Assembly: GCF_037902255.1 (NCBI RefSeq)
Contig: NZ_CP147990.1
Span: 3,000,001 to 3,032,000, forward strand
Reading direction: 5' to 3'
From: Candidatus Electrothrix sp. GW3-4
Lineage (GTDB): Bacteria; Desulfobacterota; Desulfobulbia; Desulfobulbales; Desulfobulbaceae
DNA length: 32,000 bases
The position numbers were made by a program, and so were the translations under genes. How positions within the stretch are numbered: position 1 is the stretch's first letter; the number at the start of each line of letters is the position of its first letter. Positions 1 to 7,848 of the stretch are shown piece after piece. The notes under the pieces were generated by a model. The model made no database searches, was not told the origin of the DNA, and saw only the letters and a list, made by a program, of their open reading frames with translations.

Positions 1-1477
1 CAGCCCCTGCAATGATAATCTTCAACCCGCGCTGGGCCGCAGTCCGGGCATATTCCGCAGCCTGCTCTGGGGTCCGATGGGCTGAAGAAATCTTGATCTC
101 GTTCTTAATGCCTAAGGAATCAAGAAAATCCGTGGCAGCCCGCATAACAGGAAGATCAGAATCCGAGCCCATAACCACGCCTACCAGGGGACCAGTATTT
201 TTTTGGAGATGAGTGATAGCCCGATGACCGATATCCCGACGATAATAGCAACCCTTCCACTTAATCTTATCCACGGCCTTATAGGCCCGCTCAATAGCCT
301 TGCTGACCGTATTATCCATTGCAGTCACCCCGACCACCCTGCCACCGGAGGTCACGGTTCTGCGATTCTCAATGGCTGTGCCCGCGTGAAAAATCATGAC
401 ATCCCGCAACTTGGATGCGTTCACAAGACCAGAGATCGGCTTCCCGGTAATATAATTACCCGGATACCCTTCTGAGGCCATAACAATGCAGACCGCCGGA
501 CGAGGATCGATTTCTAACTCAAGCTCATTCAGCTTACCGTCCAGGGCCTTGTCCATGATCTCCACCAGATCGGTTTGCAGACGCATGAGCAAAGGCTGAC
601 ATTCAGGATCGCCGAAACGGCAGTTGAACTCCAGCACATTAATGCGGTCGCCATCAATCATCATACCAGCGTAGAGCATGCCCTTAAAGAGACGGCCTTC
701 TTCCGCCATCCCTCGTACTGTGGGCAGCATGACCTCATTCATGACCCGCATGCTCATTCCCTCATCCATGATCGGGGCGGGTGAATAAGCGCCCATACCG
801 CCGGTATTGGGACCACGATCGCCCTCAAAGACTGCCTTATGGTCCTGGGATGAAGGTAAGGGCAAAACGGTCTCGCCATCAACAAAGGCGATAAAGGAGG
901 CCTCCTCACCGACGAGAAACTCTTCAACGACCACCGTGCTGCCTGCATCGCCAAAGGCATTTTCCTTCATCATCTGATCAACCGTTTCTTTGGCCTCATC
1001 TTCGGTCTGACAGACAATAACCCCTTTGCCAGCAGCCAGCCCATCGGCTTTGACCACGCAAGGTGCACCTATTTTTTCGATGTATTTCTTCGCAGGCCCA
1101 GGCTTATCAAAGGACTGATATGCCGCTGTGGGAATATTATATTTCTGGAGAAAATCTTTGCAGAATACCTTACTGCTTTCCAGCTCAGCGGCAGCCTTGC
1201 TCGGCCCAAAAATACGCAGACCTTCTTCTTCAAAGCGATCAACAATACCAGCAGCCAAGGCATCTTCCGGCCCTACTATGGTCAGATCGACATTTTCTTT
1301 TTTGGCAAACTCAAACAGCCCGTCAATATCATTGGAGCTGATCTTGACACAGTTCGCCATTTTTTTTATTCCGGCATTTCCGGGTGCACAGCAGATGGAC
1401 TTTACCTTTTCCGACTGGCTCAGTTTCCAAACCAAGGCATGTTCCCTGCCACCAGAACCAATGACCAGAACCTTCAT
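1..1477 (-). CDS. purD: Phosphoribosylamine--glycine ligase (PurD) continuing in frame into a PurE (N5-CAIR mutase)-like domain; 3' end lies beyond the window
   Basis: Absent from the ORF track because there is no stop inside the window. Manual minus-strand translation from ATG 1477 gives PurD hallmarks: MKVLVIGSGGREHALVWKL...GPNTGGMGAYSPAP...LEFNCRFGDPECQ...SGGRVVGVTA...YYRRDIGHRAI. It then continues through the linker THLQKNTG into PLVGVVMGSDSDLPVM...SSAHRTPEQ...KIIIAGA (PurE hallmarks, ~2-190) with no stop. Confidence 0.85.
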   Translation of the reverse strand, partial: MKVLVIGSGGREHALVWKLSQSEKVKSICCAPGNAGIKKMANCVKISSNDIDGLFEFAKKENVDLTIVGPEDALAAGIVDRFEEEGLRIFGPSKAAAELESSKVFCKDFLQKYNIPTAAYQSFDKPGPAKKYIEKIGAPCVVKADGLAAGKGVIVCQTEDEAKETVDQMMKENAFGDAGSTVVVEEFLVGEEASFIAFVDGETVLPLPSSQDHKAVFEGDRGPNTGGMGAYSPAPIMDEGMSMRVMNEVMLPTVRGMAEEGRLFKGMLYAGMMIDGDRINVLEFNCRFGDPECQPLLMRLQTDLVEIMDKALDGKLNELELEIDPRPAVCIVMASEGYPGNYITGKPISGLVNASKLRDVMIFHAGTAIENRRTVTSGGRVVGVTAMDNTVSKAIERAYKAVDKIKWKGCYYRRDIGHRAITHLQKNTGPLVGVVMGSDSDLPVMRAATDFLDSLGIKNEIKISSAHRTPEQAAEYARTAAQRGLKIIIAGA

Positions 1478-1611
1478 ACATCCTCCTCACACGATCTCTT
1501 TGAAAAAATTGTCCGACAAGCACAGCGGCCGAACAACAACTACAAGGTATTGCCTAGGCCGCTACCCTAACAAAAAGCACCATCTTCCTCAACTATGGAA
1601 GATCTTTTCAA

Positions 1612-1633
1612 GCAAAAAAGCGCTCTTTTTTGC
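1612..1633 (-). terminator. A/T-rich palindromic hairpin downstream of the mazG-like gene (possible bidirectional terminator)
   Basis: GCAAAAAAG-CGCT-CTTTTTTGC: 9-bp stem whose arms double as the U-tract. It lies 65 nt after the stop at 1698. Confidence 0.45.
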
Positions 1634-1697
1634 TCAAACTCAGCAGAAAACCAGAACAGAACAAACGAACCGCCTGAAACGAGGTTCTTTCCCCTCC

Positions 1698-2132
1698 TTA
1701 TTTTTTCTTGCCAGCGATCTTTTCCTCCTGCTTAATCCGCTCCCACTGCTCCCGCAGCTCCTGCTCGGAGAGCGATTGTCCCTCTTGCCGGGCAAAGACA
1801 TGGGGATGGCGGCGCACCATCTTGTCACAGATCCTCTGAACAGGATCTATTGCCGGAATACCGTCTTGTTCCTCGGAAAGAAGCGCGAGCAGGGCCAGGA
1901 TAAAATACATATCCCCTATCTCTTCCCGGATATGTTCCTGATCTCCCTTATCAATGGCCTCAGCCAACTCGGCAGCCTCTTCCAGGAGATATTTCTTTAA
2001 GGTCTTCCTGGTCTGCCGTTGATCCCAGGGGCAACCATCTGGTGAGCGCAGCGCCCGGACAATCTGATCAAGTCGCTGAAACGGATTGACATCGCTTCCC
2101 GGTTCCGGTTTACTATACATAATCTTTTTCAC
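1698..2132 (-). CDS. MazG-family nucleoside triphosphate pyrophosphohydrolase (single domain)
   Basis: 144-aa ORF. It carries CPWDQRQTRKTL...LLEEAAELAEAI...EEIGDMYF and RHPHVF, typical MazG/NTP-PPase motifs. Confidence 0.85.
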   Translation of the reverse strand: MKKIMYSKPEPGSDVNPFQRLDQIVRALRSPDGCPWDQRQTRKTLKKYLLEEAAELAEAIDKGDQEHIREEIGDMYFILALLALLSEEQDGIPAIDPVQRICDKMVRRHPHVFARQEGQSLSEQELREQWERIKQEEKIAGKKK

Positions 2133-2200
2133 CTCTGTGATAAATCACCATGTGGGGTAGCCCTCTTCTTGCAACAACAACCTGACCAAGGAGCACAACG

Positions 2201-2416
2201 ATGAACGAGAACGTCCTTTTCTTCAAACAATACCCCCTTGCTCCGGGCCAGAAGATCCATATAGAGGACGGGCCCCGCAAAGGGGACTGGCTGGTCATCA
2301 AGGTTGATGAAAAAAAGGTTGTGCTCCGCTGCCCGATTTCTGGAACCGAGGTCTCCTGGAATCGCTTCTGTTATTTCAGCGAAGAACGGAAAGCCGAATT
2401 TCCGGCCCAGGATTAA
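2201..2416 (+). CDS. Small hypothetical protein (71 aa)
   Basis: ORF preceded by AAGGAG 7 nt upstream of the ATG. No family recognised. Confidence 0.6.
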   Translation: MNENVLFFKQYPLAPGQKIHIEDGPRKGDWLVIKVDEKKVVLRCPISGTEVSWNRFCYFSEERKAEFPAQD

Positions 2417-2443
2417 ACACCTTCAGGTACTGTGTCCGCAGGA

Positions 2444-2884
2444 TCAAGAGTTAATCCTGATCAACGCGACCTCGTAGACAACGGGGCGACCGGCCAGCGG
2501 GTGATTATAATCCACAGTAATGGCGTCCTCATGCACCTTGGTGATTGTGGCAGGCACCTTATACTGTTCTCCATCCCTGTCCACGGCCAGGGAAAGAACC
2601 ATCCCCGGTTTTGGCTCAAGCTTCCCCTGAAAATGCGCCAAGGGGATCTGCTGTACCAACTCCTTATGATGTGTCCCATAGGCGTCTTCAGGCTCTACCC
2701 GGATCACCCTGCTCTGCCCCGGCTCCATGCCAAACAGACAGGCCTCAACAGCCTTGCACAGGGTTCCACTGCCAATGGCTACTGTAGCTGGATCACTTTC
2801 GTCTCTCTTCTCAATCACTTCTCCGGTTTCCAGAGAAGCCGTATAGGTAATGGTGACAGTGTCGGTCAAGGCGACAGGGCACAT
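2444..2884 (-). CDS. FKBP-type peptidyl-prolyl cis-trans isomerase (SlyD/FkpB-like, with insert-in-flap region)
   Basis: 146-aa ORF with V..Y...L..GEV, a G.G.L....E..L.GM..G core, EDAYG, and the C-terminal DYNHPLAGRPVVYEV motif characteristic of SlyD-type FKBPs. Confidence 0.85.
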   Translation of the reverse strand: MCPVALTDTVTITYTASLETGEVIEKRDESDPATVAIGSGTLCKAVEACLFGMEPGQSRVIRVEPEDAYGTHHKELVQQIPLAHFQGKLEPKPGMVLSLAVDRDGEQYKVPATITKVHEDAITVDYNHPLAGRPVVYEVALIRINS

Positions 2885-3239
2885 AGTTTTTCCTCAAATG
2901 AGCAGCCCCCACCAGTGCGGGGAACAAAGTTAACGTGACATTATCATGAACGCCTCCACCCCCAGGGGAGAGGGGATCAAACAAAAAAACGCAACGGGCT
3001 GTAGGGGATTTCCCCAGGGTCGTGCAATCGCAACATTCAGCCCATACATTCCAATCTATCAATCTATGGTTGTTGATTTTGCTGCCCCCTATATAATAAA
3101 TCATGCTGATTTGACAAGTCTACTGAACAGGTCCAGCCACAGCGAGCAAACGAAAGAACCTTGACAAAGGCGGCTCAGCGGCATAAATGTACTTTTTTTT
3201 GCACTGAGTTTTTTTGAACATATCCAGGTATGGAGCAGA

Positions 3240-3413
3240 ATGATGGAACTTGAATGCGCCAAATACGGAGAGAAAATGGCAGCCGAACAAGCGACCTGCC
3301 GACATCCGGGCGACTACTGCCAGCACAGAACATCCTGCATGATTCAATTCATTGAGCGGGAGAAGAGAGAAAAAAAACAAAGGATGAAAATAGAGGCGGG
3401 TAAAAACACTTAA
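3240..3413 (+). CDS. Small Cys-containing hypothetical protein (57 aa; below the ORF-track length cutoff)
   Basis: Manual translation: MMELECAKYGEKMAAEQATCRHPGDYCQHRTSCMIQFIEREKREKKQRMKIEAGKNT*. GGAG lies 4-7 nt upstream of the tandem ATGs. A perfect -10 TATAAT sits at 3092-3097 on the same strand. The overlapping 101-aa minus ORF (3120..3425) looks like low-complexity shadow sequence. Confidence 0.4.
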   Translation: MMELECAKYGEKMAAEQATCRHPGDYCQHRTSCMIQFIEREKREKKQRMKIEAGKNT

Positions 3414-3502
3414 TGCGCAGCACATGATGTATCCATCAGGGCATGACAGGCTACTCTGTCATGGTCTGCCAACATATACTTGTCTAGAGGAGACGACATC
3501 TT

Positions 3503-4303
3503 ATGGGTATCCTGGTCAAAAACACTCTGCAGCCCTTGGCTCTTTTATTTTTTTATACACTCTGTTTCTTCGTTTCCGAAGCATCTGCCGAGGACAGCGA
3601 ACAGCGTATCGCAAACGCAGCCTCTACTCTTCAATATGCAAGCCAAAAAATCGCTAAGTCATATTTTTATAAGGAGCTGGACATACGTTATGAATCTGCA
3701 CTCCAGCACATGCAGGAAGGTCTGACTGAATTTGACAAGAACATACCAATCCTGCAACAAGGCCTCCAGGGTAAGGAAGAGGAAAGCATTATGAAGTTTC
3801 TCCTTTCCTCCTATGAGCGACTCAAGACAATTCTGCCGAAACCCTACAATAATGAACACGGAGCCGTTGTCATAGATGCCAGTGAATCCCTGTTTGAAGC
3901 AGCTGAATTCCTTAGCGAGGCGCATCTGCCGAAAAACAAGAATACTGACGAAATCATGCTGGGTGTTATTCAACGCGAGCTGCGTCTCCTGGAAAGGATC
4001 AATAAGTATTATATTGCCCATCACGCCGGGATTGAAAACAGCAATAACGTCATTCAGCTCAAGCAATCTGTTACTGATTTCGAAGCTGGTTTGCAAAAAA
4101 TCACCAAACATGAAAACCATCCCGGAGCATTACAAAAGAGTATTACCAGTATCAACAAACTCTGGCCCATTGCCAAGGATTTCTATCTCGGTATCCAGAG
4201 TCGGACACAGCCCGTTATTGTGCTGGCAGCCACCGATAAGCTGACTGAAGAATTGGTTGTACTGGAAAAGCACCATAAACAGAAGGCCTCACGTAACGAG
4301 TAA
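3503..4303 (+). CDS. Secreted all-helical protein with two PilJ/NarX-type (four-helix-bundle sensor-like) repeats and no output domain
   Basis: AGGAGA SD. N-terminal signal peptide (LALLFFYTLCFFVSEASA|ED). Two segments resemble the PilJ/NarX periplasmic domain (LQYASQKIAKSYFY... and GVIQRELRLLERINKYYIAHHAG...). Confidence 0.65.
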   Translation: MGILVKNTLQPLALLFFYTLCFFVSEASAEDSEQRIANAASTLQYASQKIAKSYFYKELDIRYESALQHMQEGLTEFDKNIPILQQGLQGKEEESIMKFLLSSYERLKTILPKPYNNEHGAVVIDASESLFEAAEFLSEAHLPKNKNTDEIMLGVIQRELRLLERINKYYIAHHAGIENSNNVIQLKQSVTDFEAGLQKITKHENHPGALQKSITSINKLWPIAKDFYLGIQSRTQPVIVLAATDKLTEELVVLEKHHKQKASRNE

Positions 4304-4353
4304 AAAGGGCCTGAAGACCAGCCCTCTCAAAAAAAATATCGGAAAACGCAGCG

Positions 4354-5247
4354 ATGAAAAACACAGGACAGATATTCTCCCTTACAGGCATCCTCCTGAT
4401 GGTCTTTTGGATAACAGGGGCTATTGCCGGTGAAGGCGAGCGCATCGTGATCACAGATGTCGGTTTTTCGACACCCGAGTCGGTTGAATACGCTGTTGCT
4501 GAAGATGTCTATCTGGTCAGTAACATCAATGGCAACTCGGCAGCTGCGGATGGCAACGGCTTTATCTCCAAGCTCCGACCGGACGCAACAGTCCTTGCCC
4601 TGAAATGGCTTGATGGCAGCAAGGAGGGCGTGACACTCAATGCGCCCAAGGGGATGGCTATGACGGGTACGGGAAAATATCTGTTTGTCGCTGACCTTAA
4701 CCAGGTACAGGTCTTTGTCCTGCCCGCTGGCGAACAAAAGGGCTCAATTACAATCCAGGGAAGCACCTTCTTAAATGGTGCAACTCCCGGTCCAGACGGT
4801 TCGGTGTATGTGACAGACACCGGCTTTGCCGGAGGCAGGGAGCCATCCGGCACGGATGCGGTGTATCAAGTCTGGGCTGATGGTCGATACAAGGCCGTTC
4901 TTCAGGATGAGGGCATGGGCCATCCCAACGGGATCTGGCAGAATAAGGGACGGCTTATTGTCAATACTTTGGGTTCTGGGGAGCTGTTCAGCCTTGACTC
5001 TTCCGGGCAACGAGTTAATTTGCCCCAACCTCCTACTGGTGGCTTGGATGGCCTGGTCGGGCTGGATGATGGGCGACTGGTTGTTTCCAGTTGGGCAGGA
5101 TCTGTAATTTATGCGTTGCAGGACCGGAAATTCACCGTCTTGGCTGATGGGTTGACGTCTCCGGCGGATCTGGGGGTAGATACGAAACGGCATCGCCTGC
5201 TGGTGCCGTTGTTTAAGGAAAACAAAGTGGTGATTTTGCCGTATTGA
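4354..5247 (+). CDS. Secreted beta-propeller protein (SMP-30/gluconolactonase/NHL-like repeats)
   Basis: Signal/anchor sequence (SLTGILLMVFWITGAIA). Repeated blade-like segments: GPDGSVYVTDTG, PNGIWQNKGRLIVN, GLDGLVGLDDGRLVVSSW, PADLGVDTKRHRLLVP. Confidence 0.7.
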   Translation: MKNTGQIFSLTGILLMVFWITGAIAGEGERIVITDVGFSTPESVEYAVAEDVYLVSNINGNSAAADGNGFISKLRPDATVLALKWLDGSKEGVTLNAPKGMAMTGTGKYLFVADLNQVQVFVLPAGEQKGSITIQGSTFLNGATPGPDGSVYVTDTGFAGGREPSGTDAVYQVWADGRYKAVLQDEGMGHPNGIWQNKGRLIVNTLGSGELFSLDSSGQRVNLPQPPTGGLDGLVGLDDGRLVVSSWAGSVIYALQDRKFTVLADGLTSPADLGVDTKRHRLLVPLFKENKVVILPY

Positions 5248-5333
5248 TGGTCGTTAATTTTAATGCAACTTCAGCGGCATGACAAAAAGACAATAGAGCT
5301 TGGGCCTAAAGATTTTTATTGGATGGCCCGTTG

Positions 5334-5500
5334 ATATCTCGTTTGGATTGGAGTGGTTACTTTCAAGGGCAGCAACTAACCTATTGGAGGCAATTATGCA
5401 AAATACGAACGCTAGGGGATTTACCCCAACAGCATGCGATTGGTGTGGAAATGCGCTTCTGTAGAGGTCTGGTGACTATTTTCCTATCCAAACGAGAGAT
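5334..5500. repeat. 19-bp imperfect inverted-repeat pair (17/19) bracketing 129 bp
   Basis: 5334-5352 ATATCTCGTTTGGATTGGA is complementary to 5482-5500 TCCTATCCAAACGAGAGAT, with mismatches at 5336/5498 and 5349/5485. The interior holds the GGGG-ATTTA-CCCC hairpin (5415-5427). Confidence 0.55.
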
Positions 5501-5571
5501 GTGACTGACCTGATATATTCTAATCTTCCAAGAGCGAGCGCAGGAGGGTTCGATTCCTTCCCTCTACACCA
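5461..5571 (+). other. tRNA-like 3' module without a canonical tRNA body (att-site remnant or tRNA-like end of an unknown RNA)
   Basis: T-stem GAGGG (5544-5548), T-loop TTCGATT (5549-5555) and CCTTC (5556-5560). Acceptor 3' strand CCTCTAC (5561-5567), discriminator A, encoded CCA (5569-5571). The only complementary GTAGAGG is at 5461-5467, giving 111 nt. The intervening 76 nt do not fold into D or anticodon arms. Confidence 0.35.
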
Positions 5572-5749
5572 AACAAAAAAGCAGCTAGAAGAAGTTAGAC
5601 AGGTAGTGAAATGAACGACGCCATTACATTCTGCTCTTCAAGTGCCCCCCCTTCATTGGCCTTAGATATACCGGAATTACGGATCTCACTATTCATTATC
5701 AAAGAAAATCATTGCCAACCTGTGGGAACAGGAATAAAAAAACATTATC

Positions 5750-6016
5750 ATGCCCACTATCTCAATGTTCTACGGAATTATCATCCGGATGTATTTTGCT
5801 CCAAATGAACATCCACCGCCGCACTTCCATGTGTACTATGCGGAATACAAAGCAACTGTTGATATACGCAGTTGTGAATTGATCGAAGGGAAATTACCGA
5901 AAAAACAAACCAAACTTGTGTTGGCTTGGGCAGAAATTCATCAGGAAGATCTTATGGCTGATTGGAATCTTCTGATGAACGGAGAAGAACCCTTTAAAAT
6001 ACAGCCATTGCAATAA
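5750..6016 (+). CDS. DUF4160-family small protein
   Basis: MPTISMFYGIIIRMYF..NEH.PPHFHVYYAEYKA is the characteristic DUF4160 N-terminus. Confidence 0.85.
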   Translation: MPTISMFYGIIIRMYFAPNEHPPPHFHVYYAEYKATVDIRSCELIEGKLPKKQTKLVLAWAEIHQEDLMADWNLLMNGEEPFKIQPLQ

Positions 6017-6029
6017 CCGGTGAACAACC

Positions 6030-6308
6030 ATGAAATATCCTGCTGTCGTAGCTGTCAGTGCTCATCAGGACTACACGTTACATATTACATTTGATAACGG
6101 AGAAGTTGGCCTTCTTGACATGACACCCTATCTTGACTTTGGAATATTTTCTCGGATAAAAGATCCTCATTCTTTTGCAAAAGTCAAAGTATCTTTTGAC
6201 ACTGTGGAATGGGAAGCGGGAGCGGACCTTGATCCTGAGTTTGTCTACAGCAAATGCAAAAAACTTAACAAGTCGCCCCAGAATCTCTCAACATCGTTAC
6301 CCTGCTAA
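6030..6308 (+). CDS. DUF2442-family small protein (usual partner of DUF4160)
   Basis: Begins 14 nt after the DUF4160 stop. The Y.L.I.F.NGE....D..PYL and F..V.V......W..G.DL.PE pattern is typical of DUF2442. Confidence 0.8.
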   Translation: MKYPAVVAVSAHQDYTLHITFDNGEVGLLDMTPYLDFGIFSRIKDPHSFAKVKVSFDTVEWEAGADLDPEFVYSKCKKLNKSPQNLSTSLPC

Positions 6309-6319
6309 ATAAACAAAAA

Positions 6320-6697
6320 ATGTCTCAACTCAACTTCACAAAATCACAAGACGGCCTCCTGCCCGCCATTGCCCAGGACGCAGCCAGCGGCGAGGTCCTG
6401 ATGCTGGCCTATATCAACGAAGCATCCTGGCAAAAAACCCTGGAAACAGGCAAGGCCCATTACTGGAGCCGCTCCCGCAACAAACTCTGGCTCAAGGGTG
6501 AATCCTCGGGCCATGTCCAGCTGATCAAAGAGATCCTGGTGGACTGCGACCAGGACACCGTGGTCTTCAAGGTGGAGCAGCTGGGTGGCGCAGCCTGTCA
6601 TAAGGGCTATGCCAGCTGTTTCTTCCGCCGGGTCAAGGGCGAGGAACTGGAGATCATTGCAGAGCCGATCTTTGATCCCAACAAGGTGTACGGCTGA
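6320..6697 (+). CDS. hisI: Phosphoribosyl-AMP cyclohydrolase
   Basis: [22 protein letters not shown]...[25 protein letters not shown]....I.VDCD.D...F.V.Q.GGAACH.G..SCF. Confidence 0.95.
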   Translation: MSQLNFTKSQDGLLPAIAQDAASGEVLMLAYINEASWQKTLETGKAHYWSRSRNKLWLKGESSGHVQLIKEILVDCDQDTVVFKVEQLGGAACHKGYASCFFRRVKGEELEIIAEPIFDPNKVYG

Positions 6698-6862
6698 TCT
6701 ATTCTGATTCTATGGGGGTGACACCTGTGCAGGCCAGGCACGGGGCCAGAGCTCCTACGATGAATCGATTCGATGGGCGTTTTGTAGGGGTAGACCTCTG
6801 TGTCTCCCCAAATATGCTAATTCCGAGCCCCTGTTTGCGGACTCGTCAATATTGAGGAAATT

Positions 6863-7735
6863 ATGAGTATATTAAAGGTAGGCATCCCCAAAGGCAGCCT
6901 GGAAAAGGCCACCATTGCCCTGTTTGAAAAATCCGGTTGGCAGATCAAGATGGCGGCCCGGAATTACTTCCCTGAGGTGGACGACCCGGAGCTGTCCGTC
7001 TACATCTGTCGTCCCCAGGAGATGTCCCGTTATGTGGAGGACGGTCTTCTGGACGCTGGCATCACGGGCAAGGACTGGACCCTGGAAAACGGCTCCGACG
7101 TGGTAGTTATCGAGGATCTGGTCTATTCCAAGGTCAGCAAAAGGCCGACCCGCTGGGTCATTGCTGTGCCTGGTGATTCTCCCATCACTTCGGTTGAACA
7201 GCTGGACGGCAAGCGGATCTCCACGGAGCTGGTCAACGTGACCAAAAACTTTTTTAAGGATCGGGGCATGGATGTGGACATCTCATTTTCCTGGGGCGCC
7301 ACTGAGGCCAAGGCGGTCTCCGGTCTGGCCGACGCCATTGTCGAGGTCACCGAGACCGAGGCCACCATCCGGGCCCATGGCCTGCGGGTCATCCACGAGC
7401 TGATGCAGTCCAACACCCAACTGATCGCCAGCCATAAGGCCCTGGAGGATCCCTGGAAAAAAGACAAGATCGACCATATCGCCATGCTCCTGCAAGGGGC
7501 CCTGCGGGCGGACAAGATCGTTGGTCTGAAGATGAATGTGCCCGAGGAACAGTTTGACAAAATTCTCGAAATCCTGCCCAGCGTGACTGCGCCCACCGTG
7601 GCCCGCCTCTATAAGCAGCCGTGGTTCTCCGTAGAGACGGTCATCTCCGAACATCAGGTCCGGGATCTGATCCCGCAGCTGAAAAAGATCGGGGCCGAGG
7701 GCATTATTGAGTATTCGCTAAATAAGGTGATCTGA
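6863..7735 (+). CDS. hisG: ATP phosphoribosyltransferase, long form with C-terminal regulatory domain
   Basis: 290 aa. LKVGIPKGSL...DAGITGKD...STELVNVTKNFF...GATEAK...GLADAIVEVTETEATIRAHGL, plus a HisG_C-like tail. Confidence 0.95.
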   Translation: MSILKVGIPKGSLEKATIALFEKSGWQIKMAARNYFPEVDDPELSVYICRPQEMSRYVEDGLLDAGITGKDWTLENGSDVVVIEDLVYSKVSKRPTRWVIAVPGDSPITSVEQLDGKRISTELVNVTKNFFKDRGMDVDISFSWGATEAKAVSGLADAIVEVTETEATIRAHGLRVIHELMQSNTQLIASHKALEDPWKKDKIDHIAMLLQGALRADKIVGLKMNVPEEQFDKILEILPSVTAPTVARLYKQPWFSVETVISEHQVRDLIPQLKKIGAEGIIEYSLNKVI

Positions 7736-7848
7736 ACCAGCTAATCCACTGCTATCCTGAAGAAAATAAACTTCCTCGGCCCCTTGGGTCGAGGAATCCC
7801 AACAAGGTATTTACCGCCTAAGAAAATATACACCAGAAGGATCGCTTG

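Noticed and set aside
1128-2000. 290-aa plus-strand ORF spanning the purD start and the mazG-like gene
   Set aside because: It is antisense to two well-supported minus-strand genes. The sequence is low-complexity, with no motifs and no SD. It is a shadow ORF.
3120-3425. 101-aa minus-strand ORF in the track
   Set aside because: The sequence is low-complexity and hydrophobic (FFFSLLPL...) with no SD. The plus-strand 57-aa ORF in the same place has an SD and a structured Cys pattern. Neither is certain.
5319-5504. 61-aa plus-strand ORF inside the inverted-repeat-bounded region, and 5611..5808 (+)
   Set aside because: There is no SD. The first lies across RNA-like hairpins and the second overlaps the DUF4160 gene out of frame.
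5300-5571. tmRNA (ssrA) hypothesis for the T-arm/ACCA element plus long-range helix
   Set aside because: - The acceptor stem would be GTAGAGG/CCTCTAC, with no G3:U70 alanine identity pair.
- There is no ...ALAA-type tag reading frame.
- The long-range helix partner lies upstream of the 5' acceptor strand, which fits neither the one-piece nor the known permuted topology.
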